Of a stretch of DNA of 64,000 nt, positions 1 to 11,300 are shown piece after piece. The stretch comes from Pelomyxa schiedti (taxonomy: Eukaryota; Protista; Evosea). Below the pieces are notes generated by a model, which was given only the letters and a program-made list of their open reading frames with translations, had not been told where the DNA came from and did no database searches. How positions within the stretch are numbered: position 1 is the stretch's first letter; each line of letters begins with the position of its first letter. The position numbers and the translations under genes were made by a program. Location: NCBI GenBank assembly GCA_020536535.1, contig JAHLWZ010000664.1, positions 1 to 64,000 of the forward strand. Reading direction: 5' to 3'.

Positions 1-309
1 AGACACATCAGGCCGCATAAAAATCAACCACTACGTTTCAGTTGTGGGATGGGGAGATGAAGCCAACCCTGATGGTAGTACTACACCCTACTGGATATGC
101 AGGTGATGATCACCTTCCCGCCCCAATAGCTGTTGTCTAATAAAAAAAACAGGAACTCGTGGGGAAAATACTGGGGTGAATCAGGTACCACACATAGCTT
201 GTCAAACATATTTACTTACAACCCCAAAGGTTGGTTCAGGATCATTCGCGGTACAAATAACCTCGGCATTGAAGAAGACTGCAGCTGGGGAGTCCCTGTT
301 ACATTCTAA
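1..309 (+). CDS. CTSZ: Cathepsin Z-like C1A cysteine protease, 3' exons only (5' part lies outside the window)
   Basis: Spliced translation gives [63 protein letters not shown], containing the catalytic His and Asn motifs. Near-identical to 14675-14991. Confidence 0.9.
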
Positions 310-363
310 ATAAAAAAGCGGTTTGCTCTATCTATCTCTCAGCCTTTCTATTCCTGTTTGTGA

Positions 364-457
364 CTTGGCTGAATAAAATAATCAACAGACCGGAACGCTG
401 TCATTTTCGTTATCGTCGCTGAGGATCGGAGGTCTGGTGTTTTTTTATTCAGCCACT
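364..457. repeat. ~90-bp inverted-repeat (hairpin or MITE-like) element
   Basis: Left arm 366-391 tggctgaataaaataatcaacagacc pairs with right arm 431-455 ggtctggtgtttttttattcagcca. The element is absent from the paralogous site at 15055-15098. Confidence 0.6.
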
Positions 458-536
458 TGTTGGATCATCAAATCTCTTGAAAAATGCATTTTTCTGAGAA
501 GAACAAACCGGGAAATCCGAAAAGATCGAACACATC

Positions 537-1488
537 ATGAGCGAGCCAAGCAGATACGCCATCACTGTCACAGGCCCAGCCTCCACCACAGTCCACTCCC
601 AAATTGTAACTATGATGCTAGCGGCGCACTCGCGATGCGGCGCACGCACATCCCTCGGCGGAGCCAGCAGCGCATCATCACCATCACCTCTTCTTCTGCG
701 GCTGTCTCCGTCGCTCGTGCACCGCCACGCGGGGGTGTGGTTCTCGTTCCTGCGCGTGCTGTGGTGCGACTTCATCGTGCCGTCGCAGCGCCGCTTCGTC
801 GTGGACCTCGACCTCGAGCACGACACCCTCCCGCACGTCGCCGTGCAGCTGTGCGTGGCGCCCGGCATGCGGGCCCTCACGAGGCCCGCCGCCGCCGCCG
901 CAGGGGGCCAGTGGCCCGGGACCTGGATGGACGCGCACCGGACCGCCGTGCATTATGGGTCCAGCTGCGGCGACGACGCCGACTTGGGCAATGGCTACGG
1001 GACCTACAGCAACAGCAACCACGTCGACTTTGGTAGTGCCCACGACGGGCGATACGACTGCAATTCCAAGTGGGTGGTCACGGTGTGGTCTGCTGATTAC
1101 GGTGACAGCCCGTCGAGATTCACCATCGCCAAGGCGCCTGACTTGGATGCACACAAGTTCGACGCAAATTGTGTCGTGGAATCTCCGTTTCTGTGTTGTG
1201 TGAAGTATGTTTCTTTCTGCATGAGGTGTGACCCTGACAAGGCTGTGGTGATTGCCACGAAACCGGACCAGCCGGAGAGCCTGCTGGCTTGGGTGGTTGA
1301 TGTTGCCATGTCATTCGAATCCGGGAACCTGGTGATTGTGTGTGAGACATCCTGCAGGGTCACTGGTGATGTAAGGCAGATCAGTGTTGGCCAGGTTCTG
1401 AGCCTGACACAGGTCACTGGTGCCAACTGCTTCCTCTTGAAGTGGTCGCACTATGGGCAAAGTTCTAATCTGTGCATGATACGCGATG
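537..1488 (+). CDS. RDQF/RCGA-family intronless protein, truncated by an assembly gap
   Basis: ORF MSEPSRYAIT...AAHSRCGARTSLG... is nearly identical to 15187-16159. It runs into the N gap at 1489. Confidence 0.8.
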
Positions 1489-1588
1489 NNNNNNNNNNNN
1501 NNNNNNNNNNNNNNNNNNNNNNNNNNNNNNNNNNNNNNNNNNNNNNNNNNNNNNNNNNNNNNNNNNNNNNNNNNNNNNNNNNNNNNNN

Positions 1589-3914
1589 GATTGACACCCT
1601 GCACCCCTACCCTGCCCAGGGTGTCGGTGGTGTTGATGGCGGTGGTGGGTGCGATGTCGACGATGCAGTTGCCGTTGCGGCTGTGCTTCCGCCTCCCCCT
1701 TCGTATTATTCCGTGGCCACCGCGAGTGGGAGTGGGAGTGGGAGCGGGAGCGGGAGTATGGGTGTGGGCGGCGTGGCAGTGGGGGGGAGCTCGCCCCCGG
1801 ACGCGAGGAGGCCCGCTACCGCTACCGCTACCGCCGCCGCCACCGCCGCCGCCACGGCGACTGCGGACGACGGGGGGGGGCAGGCGGTCATGAGGAGGCT
1901 GGCCAGGATGTCGTTCGACTGCGGGCTGTGCGGCGCCACGGCGTCTTTGCCAAAGATGCTTCCGTGCGGCCACGCGTTTTGCTTGAACTGCCTGTTTGCT
2001 TATGGTAATTGCTTTCTCGAGAACCCCCACGCACCCCCACCTGAAATGAAAAAAACAAGTCAAAACTGACCCCTGGCTTTGTAGAAAGCTTTCACGTTCC
2101 GTTGGTCTGCCCTAGCTGCGGCCTTCCAGGTCCCAAAGGTATGCAACTCCTCCTGTCTGACATTTTGTTTTGGTTTCCTGCAATTTTTAATTTCAAAACA
2201 GGAGATATAAGCCTGCTTCCAGCACCGGATCACAATTTGAGAATACCCGTGACAGTTGCCAAATTCATTGATCCGGTGTGTTTCTATGTAGCAAGGGCAC
2301 GTGGTTTATAAACTTTCTACTGAGATTGATGTAGTTGCACCTGTTTCCACCACCGTTAAAAAAGTCCTCCTCTTCCTCAGGGTCTTTGACAGTGGGTCTT
2401 TCAAAACCGAGATCCAAATCTCCCTCGCCTTCCCCATCTCCAGCTGCAAATGCCACTGCACCCTCAACCACCCCACCCGTTGCACCCGCAGTTAACCCAC
2501 TCCTGGACTCCTCCGCCATCTCATCCACTCTCCAGGACTCTCATTTGGGCCAACCAATTGTAATGGTGTGACGAGTACTTCTCCATTTCCTCCAAGCTTA
2601 CTCAAAATCACAGTATTTGCAGTCACGAATTGGGAGTTCCTTAACCGGTACTACTCTGTCTCGTTGGCTTTCCAATTTATGGCTCGCTCCTTCCGAGTAT
2701 GCGGCTTTATCATGTATTTTTTTAATTCATGCGTCATCCTTAGTTTGATGCAACGAGTGGAAGTTGTCGAACAAGTATAGTCCCCATTCCTTTTTCCCTA
2801 TCAAACAAACAACTCTTAGAAAGAGTTACTAGTTCCATTCTGGGTATTCAGGTTGGCCATTTCATTCCTTTGCAAAAACCAACATTTTGTCCAGTTGTTC
2901 TGCTGAAACCGGCTACAGTGTTGAGATATACCTCAATAACTTTTGGAACGCATATCACAGCATACACATTGCTAAAGTGAGAAGTATCTTTCTTATTTCC
3001 AGCTTACCCAAACAGTGCTACAATGTTTATGCATGTGCATATGCAAATCCACAATCGAGAACAGCCATCGACAAAGAGATGGGCGACTGGAACCTTGATA
3101 TCATACATGTGTCAAACGTAAGAAAAGGTGAGCTATGATTCAAGATCTACTTACAGATAAACAGCCCCATGGAACTATACTGGAATGGGATGTTACGGAA
3201 AATACAACCATCTCCTCTGCACCTCACCGAAAGTCTGTACCTGCAGAAAGGCATACCAACAAACAGATATCAGCAGCTCCCCCAAGCAACACCGCCAAGT
3301 TCTTAATTCAGCACCCTAGTTGCCCTGATCCAACGGCTTTCTACTTCTCATCAGTATGGCACCTTTTCTATGGTGACTTCTAAATCAATAGTAGGACACC
3401 CCGCCACTCCCAACTGCTGAGGTAGGTGTAAGCTCTAGTGATGCTTGGAAATCGGTCTGCGAACCGCAAGTTAAGCATGCGATACATAAAATGTGTAAAA
3501 CCACTGCTCTTTCATCCCAACCCGCCTATTGGCGAGATGTACGTAAGTTTTGGGAGACTGTTCATTGTGCTAACCCCTCAACAGTTTCAGTGTGAAACAA
3601 CTTTTCTAGATGTGAAAGCAATGCTTGTATATTTCCCTGTATATTTCTTGCTATACCGATACAACAACCAAACATTCAACTTCCGGTTAAACGCACAGGT
3701 TTGCATTTAATTAAAGAAAGAATTAAAAAGACTTTCAGCATTGACTAACACAACAACAGACCGGAACTGTGTCCGCGGACCGGCCCTATGGCGCCGGTGT
3801 TGTAGGAGCCTGGGGTAAGTCTGGTGCTGAGGCTGTTGGATCATGGGGCAAATCACTGTTCCAGAAGGTTACAAAGCCACCACAACCACCCCAACAACCA
3901 ACACACAAACACTG
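1589..3914 (+). CDS. Multi-exon RING-finger protein (5' end in gap)
   Basis: CGLCG...LPCGHAFCLNC...(intron)...CPSCG forms a RING pattern. Many short GT-AG introns follow. A plausible last exon reads TGTVSADRPYGAGVVGAWGKSG...THKH*. Confidence 0.6.
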
Positions 3915-4245
3915 ATAAGCCTCCAACAACCGCTTTCAATAGTACATGTAAAACAAAGAATTTTCCCTGTGTACCCAACGAGTTTTTTTTGTTTTCTTTC
4001 ATGGGTGGAATCCCATGTCATTCAGCCACCATACCGTCGTCGATGGTACAAGAGAGACCCTAGCGGAACATTGTTCCGCCCACTCTCGGACTGCTACATG
4101 AGGGTAACATCGCGCTAGGAATTGTACAATGATGGGTGACTGTCCCGCGAGTGGCTGGAACTTGGACTGTATCAGTGTGGGTGTGAGCCCTGATGGGAAC
4201 AGCTTCAGGAGAACTTCCCACAGAAAAATATCGCTGCTGTACTCG

Positions 4246-6344
4246 TCATAGTCCTTGGGCAAACTGGCTAGTACCTTTTGAAGGTGTGAGTAGTCTGGAA
4301 AAAGGAGGAGCTTGTTTTACCTCATCCAATGTGATGTTGAACTTGGTGATGAGCCACTTGGCACAGCTTCCTTTGCTCCGTGTTATTAAGCATTGCAGGA
4401 GAGCCTGTTTGCAAATGGAAATCTCTGTATCACCAAGCTGGAAAGTAGTGATCAGCCACTTTACAACCTTGCTGGACGTGACACCACCTGCCATTGCTCG
4501 GGCAATTGCCTCCTTGGAGAACACACGCATGGAGGTTACCATCTTAACCAGTGAGAGACTGTACGATCTCACACACATTTCGAGAATCGGGGTGAGAAGT
4601 TCACTCCTCCTTGGTTCTGGGATGAATAACTTCCCAATGAGGAGGAGCGGGGCCAGTGAGAGTCCCTTTTCGAAGACAAGGTGCTCTGCAGCTTTCATAA
4701 CCATACTTTTATCAGCTTCTTCCATGGGTACATTTTTCAATAGCCATTCCAAACCATCGGCGTGGTCCGTGTTGATGTTGTGGCAGACATCCAGCAGAAG
4801 TTTGCCTTTAAAGGAACTGCGGCTGGTTTCAGGCTGATTCTCCAGAATGCGGAAGGTATTTGACAACCACGATGCCACTGTACCTCTGTTGCATGTGACG
4901 GCAGTGACAAATGAATCGTAGAGATGCTCTGGAGAAAGAGTAATCCTGGTAAAGAGCCACTTGATGAGCTGTAAATTATCATATCTACAGGCCTCGCTAA
5001 ACATCAAAGGAGTTAGTGCCAATGAGTGACGTTCCAAAATCCACTTAGCGATGTCAAGGCCTTGTTCTGTAAAGAAAAAGAGCTCTAGATTATGATCCGT
5101 GGGGATGAATGAGAATGCAGATTCCGCCCACTTCAATACGTCCAGATTCCGCATACAATTGAATACACTGGAAGATCCATTATAAGTGGGCCTGATGCGC
5201 TCTTTCACGTACTGACATACTTCCACAAAGTTGCTTGATTTCCCACCGATGCAATTGACGAAAGACTGGTGGTTACAACCTGCCCTCGCGCGGAAAGTTT
5301 CAAAGCACCACTTGACAATATCCAGCCTTCCTGTCTTGCACGCTGTTGCGTGAATGAAAACATGTTCATAATCATTCAACTTGGGTACCAAATCAAACTC
5401 CGCGGCCATCCACTTAGCCAATTCCAAGTGGCCGCCAGCTATAGCACACAGGAACGGATGTACCAGCTGCCAAGGCTCCCTGATTCCAAACATCTTCACT
5501 GCCCACCTAAAAGCCTCCCAATGACCATTCCTACACACCTCATTTAGAGTATTACTGCACCCCACATGCTCAGCCAGTTCCCCAACATGCTCAACACCAG
5601 CAGCAGTAGTAGAATCACCACCAACACCACATGATGATGGTGGCCACACCAAGTAACCCCCAGGCCAGTCACCATCCACAAGCTCCTGGGCTAACCCAAA
5701 ATGGCCACCACCACACAATCCCTCAAGAACCTCCACATACTCCTTCTTCATCCTCCTGGTCCGGTCCCACAATTGTTCCCCATCGGCATCGCCATCGCCG
5801 TAAATCTCGGCGGGCCTGCCCGCGAGGCGCAGAAGCCGGTTGACGCAGGCGACGCTGCCGGCCTCCGCGGCGATGCGCAGGGCCCCGTAGTGGTTGGTGT
5901 AGTGCCGGGCGAGGGCGGCGCAGGCGCGGCCCACCAGGGGGAACAGCGCCGAGGCCACGCGGCACAGAGAGACCGCCGCGGCGCGGGCCCTTTGCCCGTA
6001 GTCTGGGGCGCTGCAGGTGCTCGGCGGGTAGATGCGGCCGGGGGCCTCGGCGGCCGCGGCTACCGAGGGCGGCGAGGCGCGGGGGCCGGCGGCGATGGAC
6101 TCNNNNNNNNNNNNNNNNNNNNNNNNNNNNNNNNNNNNNNNNNNNNNNNNNNNNNNNNNNNNNNNNNNNNNNNNNNNNNNNNNNNNNNNNNNNNNNNNNN
6201 NNCGCGGGCCCTTTGCCCGTAGTCTGGGGCGCTGCAGGTGCTCGGCGGGTAGATGCGGCCGGGGGCCTCGGCGGCCGCGGCTACCGAGGGCGGCGAGGCG
6301 CGGGGGCCGGCGGCGATGGACTCAATTTGGTATTTTGTGAACAA
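4246..6344 (-). CDS. Intronless degenerate ankyrin-repeat-like protein; start codon uncertain
   Basis: 570-aa ORF with ankyrin-like units (AIAGGHLELAKWM, ACKTGRLDIVKWC, ACRYDNLQLIKWL). The frame stays open upstream across the gap overlap at 5981-6322. Confidence 0.7.
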
Positions 6345-6496
6345 GAAATGACAGGAAGAGCACTTGTTTAACGAGTGTGTTGTGTCATTGACACATCGTT
6401 CTGCGAAGCTTTTTGAGGTGGGCCCAACACAACCTGGCTTCCCTTTCTAGGAACTCATCAAAACTTGATGAAGAAAGAGTAAGAGAAAGTATACAT

Positions 6497-7177
6497 TTAG
6501 AGGTTCTGAGGGGGAGGGAGCTCGGGGATTCCAGCTTGTTTCATTACTTCTGCAACTGATTTTTCCAAGTCATCGACCCTCTTGCCCATTTCATCAACTA
6601 TTTTGAAGAGTGTCAGTGTTTATAAACACTTATATTAAATTATATTTAAATATTTCTTTTAATAATTGTGTTGTGTGGAATGGGTAAGAACATACTCCTG
6701 TCAAGTATACCCATCGACATTTGTTCGAACCTGGACTGCATTTGGCCCAGTAAAGTTGCAACCTGTGAGTGCATTAATGTTAGTACTTAGTGCTAAATCT
6801 ACTCGGCTACGCACACTAACTTAAAGAGGCATGCACACAACACAATCACGCACATAGTTTGTCAAGTCCTGTGGGGTGGTTGCATTGGCAGTAGCCTGTG
6901 GCTGGCCCCCACCAGGTGTCACCGGCTGTTGTTGCAATTGATTTGGTGTGTCAGCAGAGGGTGTTGGTGGTGATGTACTGGTCGCTGATGTTGATGCAGT
7001 CACAACACTCCCTGGTTGTTGCTGTTGTTGTGGTTGTTTGGTGTGATGATGGGGGTTGTTGTTGGTTGTGTTTGTTGTTGTAGATGAGGGTGGCTGTTGG
7101 CGCTTCGTTGTTGTGTTTGTTGTTTGTTGTTGTTGCCTCGTCGATGACGGTTGTGAGGGTGGAGGTTGCGACGTCAT
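6497..7177 (-). CDS. HSBP1: Heat shock factor binding protein 1 with a long Q/T/P-rich N-terminal extension
   Basis: Three exons give TPQDLTNYV|ATLLGQMQSRFEQMSMGILDR|(I/V)DEMGKRVDDLEKSVAEVMKQAG, matching the HSBP1 coiled-coil consensus. Confidence 0.85.
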
Positions 7178-8399
7178 TGTGGGAGCACAAACGCAAATCA
7201 CCCGAAGATCTGCACGGGTTTTCTTTTCCAGCTCACTTGCACACCACGAAGGCGAAAAGTCAAAGGGTACGAAAAACACAAAATAAAACAAAAAACACGT
7301 TTGTACGCAGATGGCCGCTACCCCTGATTTGACGCCGCTGTTTGGCAAGTGGCAATTGGAGGCCACAACTGGCCAATTCGAGGTAATTAATTTGTTTTTT
7401 TGTTTTGTTGTGTTGACAATTCTATTATTGTTAACAATTCTTAAATTATTTGTTATTAATGTGTTATTTATTAATTAGGAATTTAAGATAATATTTAATA
7501 AATAACTAATTAATAAATATTTAGTATTATTGCTAATGAAGGTGTCAGGAATTCCTCACTGAGCAAGGAATGGGATTTCTCATGAGGTACGGAACGTTTT
7601 TGTTCTGAGGTACGGATTAGTGACTTTGTTTTTTAGAAAAGCTGCTCTCTCTGCAACCCCCACCTGCACAATGTCCCAGACGTAAGTAGCCCAATTCGCG
7701 GTCCCCACTCACTCCTTTAAGAAATCCAACAACAGTCCGATTGTTTTTGGAGTCAACATTCAAAAACCGTGAAGACATTCTCGACATTACCGGAAAGCCC
7801 GAGGCCAAGACCGGCGAAGGACCCCCATCCACCAGTACTGCTCACTTCTTTTTTCCTTCTTCTTCCCTACTAACTCCGCATTAGCCACCACAACCGTCAC
7901 CACACACGAGGGGAGTGTCTGCCTCAACAGCGTTGCCGAGTCGACCAGCGGGACACCAGTAACCATCACCACTAAGCGCTTTAGAAGGGTATGTCCCAAC
8001 TGGAATCCCCTCGCTTCTCACGTTTAATTTTGCCTGTTTGTAACTTACACTCACACAAAAGGGTGACAAGATGATCACAACATTGAGCCTGACCAAGGCC
8101 GGTAAGACTGTGTCTGCTGAGAGGATTTTCCACAAACTACCCTAAACAGTTCCACCCCCCAACAAACAATCAACAACCCTTTCCCAGTCCTCCATTTTTT
8201 GTATTTCTTTGGTTTCTCATAATTTTCCGATGGCCCACGAGCTCGAAAACAGGAAATTTCCCCTTTCTCGTGGGTCAATTTGAAACGAAAGCTGAAAAGA
8301 AACAACGAAAAAAAAACAATCAAGGTGTGGTGGTAAACCAAGACCCACAATACTACTCAACCAACCCTACGTTACATCACAGCGAGGCAGTTGTTCCAA

Positions 8400-11300
8400 A
8401 TGGGTGACAGCAACAACAACACCCTAATCAACCCGTACACTCTGCAACCAATAGCACCACCAACACACACCCAAAAACAGCAACAGCAACCGCCGCGTCC
8501 CACAATCACAGCCGTCACTGCCGCGCCCGCTGTCACGTCGTCGCCCTACTGCATCACTGTCACCGCCGCCGACGGAAACACAAAGGACTTGGGGCGCAAC
8601 TCGCCACCGCCCCAACCCATAATCACTCTCTCGCCGTCCGCCTCTTCACCGTATTCACCACCACCATCTCACGCGGCGGCACTGTCACCCACCAGATTCG
8701 TGGCGGACACGAGGGGGTACCAGTACGCCGACGAAACGCCGCCGCCATCACCCCAATCGCCGAATTCGCCGCCGCGGGGCACTCATGGGATAGCGCACGA
8801 TCAACAACCGCCGAGTTTCGTTGCCGATGTGCGGGGGTACCAGTTCGCCTCCGAAACGGCAATCGCGGAACCACACAATGACAACACAACAGTGCCTAAT
8901 GTGGATGTGAGAGGGTACCAGTTTGGCTGTGGTGATAGTGGCAGTAATAGTAGTAGTAGCAGCAGTAATACTAGTGCTGATAAGAGTGGTGGTGGTGGTG
9001 GTGGTGGTGGTGCGGATGCAAGCGGGTATCAATTTGGCTGTGGTGAGGGCACTGCTGTCAATACCGGGGATTCTGGGGTTGGTGGATATGGTGCGCCGAC
9101 AACTAACAGTCAGTATACTATGCCAAGTACTGGGACGCAAAGGAATGATGCACCGAGTGGTTCTGTTGGGGCCACCGCTGTGACGGGTGAGGCTACTCAA
9201 CTTCCATGGTAAACAAAGGTTGAAATTAGTGACGTAAGTCAACATTGTGCAGGAAGGAAAAGACTCTGCACTGGAACGAGCAGTTTCAAAACATTATCAA
9301 ACAGGAAGACGGTTTAGAGAAATATTCTCAAATCGCCCAGTTTGCAAATGACTTTGTATATAGTGCTAGTTTATACGGAAAGTATGCACAAAAGCCAATC
9401 ATTTTGCCTCTCACAATGCATTACTATCCAGAATTATTATATCTGAGCTTGGTATGCCTGAAAAAGAAAAAACAATCAAGCCCATCTCTATTGGTAACTT
9501 TCTGAATCCTTTGGGTTCTCCCTGAGGTATTAAATCTAGGCGGAATTGCTGGTGGAGAAAAGTATATTGTCAGAGGCATTTTCTTCAAACTCGCAATTGA
9601 TAAGCACAATTTGTACAATTCCGACGAGAAAGCGGCCAAAGGAGCTGGTCTACTTCCCCCTCTTTACGATTCCACTGATCTGTTCAGGACACGAACTCAA
9701 AGGATTGCAGTCCTACTACAACTGCCATATTCCAGGACTATGCTTGCCGTTGTTCGTGCTTATTGACTACAAAGGGTATGGACTGGCTGTAATATCGCCG
9801 TTGACTCTCACAGATACCGGCTGAGTGCAACATCCGTTCTTCCTATCCGAAGTGATACAATCAAGTACGGCTCCTCTGATGCCGCTTTGCATATACACAC
9901 AGGTAAGCCTGTCTGCGTGCCTTATAAACTTATGAATTTGTGTAGAAATACCAGAATTGAATAGAAAAATGGAGGAGGCTGCAGCCATGCTTAACTTAAA
10001 AGGGCATGCAATTAATGGAAAACTTCTTCACAGTGCTGTTGACGTTGAGGTGCATCAAGGGTTGGACGGTAACTTCTACATTGTGGACTCGTGTGTCATC
10101 TACAATTGTATTAATTCAATGACCTTTTCTGCAGTGCACGTGTATTTCCTCCTGAAGCCCCTCTTGATGATGACTTCGTGGAAAAGAGACGATATCTCTA
10201 CTCTCTATTAAGGTAAGAACAAAGTGGAAGATCTGACACAGTAATGTACAAACAGACCGGAACTTGTCAAGTCCAGTCCTGTACCTTTGAGTAGTGATGC
10301 ATATTCTTCATTTGATAGAAACGACCCCAATTGTGATGAGAACAGGGAAGATCTAATGCTTGTATAGTGGCACAAAATCTATACTTTTGATTTTGATGGC
10401 TAGCTAGGCAACCTTACGGCTCACGAATGAAGTTATACCCATGTTTGCCCAAAAGCTGGAAGCCCAAATACTGGAAACTGGCACATCTGATTTGAACTTA
10501 GCACAATGTCTCCATACCCTTCTTACGTGAGATATTGAAACAATACCCCAGCATTGCACAAAGCCGGTATTAATGTGAGACATCTAATGAGGCTCTACCA
10601 CTGCTGCACGACACCCATTGCTCGAACAACCATTCTCACTGGTATCTGCTATTTTATGGCCTTATTCATTATATAACCACCCTCAGAGAGTGTTGCCAGA
10701 GCGGTTAAAAGTATTATACGGGGAAAGCTCCGGAAGCGAATGAAGCGGCCCCCATTTGTTCCAACCGAGCTGCCATATAAACAAATTATCATTGATTGCT
10801 TCAATACTGTTCTTGGCCACAGTAAGTTTATTTTCCCTCATGTGGCTACTTAGAACTATTAGACGTCAGGAAGTCTGAAAAATTGTGGAGTTACGATTTA
10901 CCTGCTTGGCTAAAAGAGAACTATCGCAGTGGGTACAACCGAGATTTAAAGACAATCAGTCCCAAGCAAGTGCAGATGTTCCGTAAGTAACTAACACTTG
11001 ACTCCTTCACTCACAAAATAAACAAGTATTGATGACCAGAGTTCAAGAAATGATTGGAACATATCTGACTCCCCAAGCAAACGAGCAACTGAAGCAGAAT
11101 CCTGACACTTTCATTGCTCTCCCTCCTGACATTGGCACTGTAATTTACTAACTAACATAAACACTGCGTTTTAATAATTACGCAAGATGGAAGCTAAAAT
11201 CAAGCAGTTGAACATTGCGTACTATGCTGAAGGTTGGGAACAATTCTGAATGTGAATTTATTCACTTGTTAACAGGCTATGTCCTTCTCGTTCAGGCTAT

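Noticed and set aside
537-2069. 510-aa ORF apparently fusing an RDQF-family gene to a RING finger
   Set aside because: It reads through a 100-N gap. The paralog at 15187 ends differently, so the fusion is a scaffolding artefact.
3755-3770. Recurrent aacagaccggaac motif (385, 3757, 10251)
   Set aside because: Two of the three are an intron acceptor AG followed by coding sequence; no shared element is evident.
5981-6322. ~120-bp direct repeat flanking a gap (similar cases at 37575-37918 and 55712-56050)
   Set aside because: Exact duplicates on both sides of 100-N gaps are unmerged contig overlaps, not biological repeats.
7385-7540. Extremely AT-rich stretch
   Set aside because: No repeat structure; compatible with an ordinary intergenic, terminator or intron region.
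7540-8210. Possible small multi-exon gene on the minus strand
   Set aside because: No consistent splice model or recognisable motif could be built.
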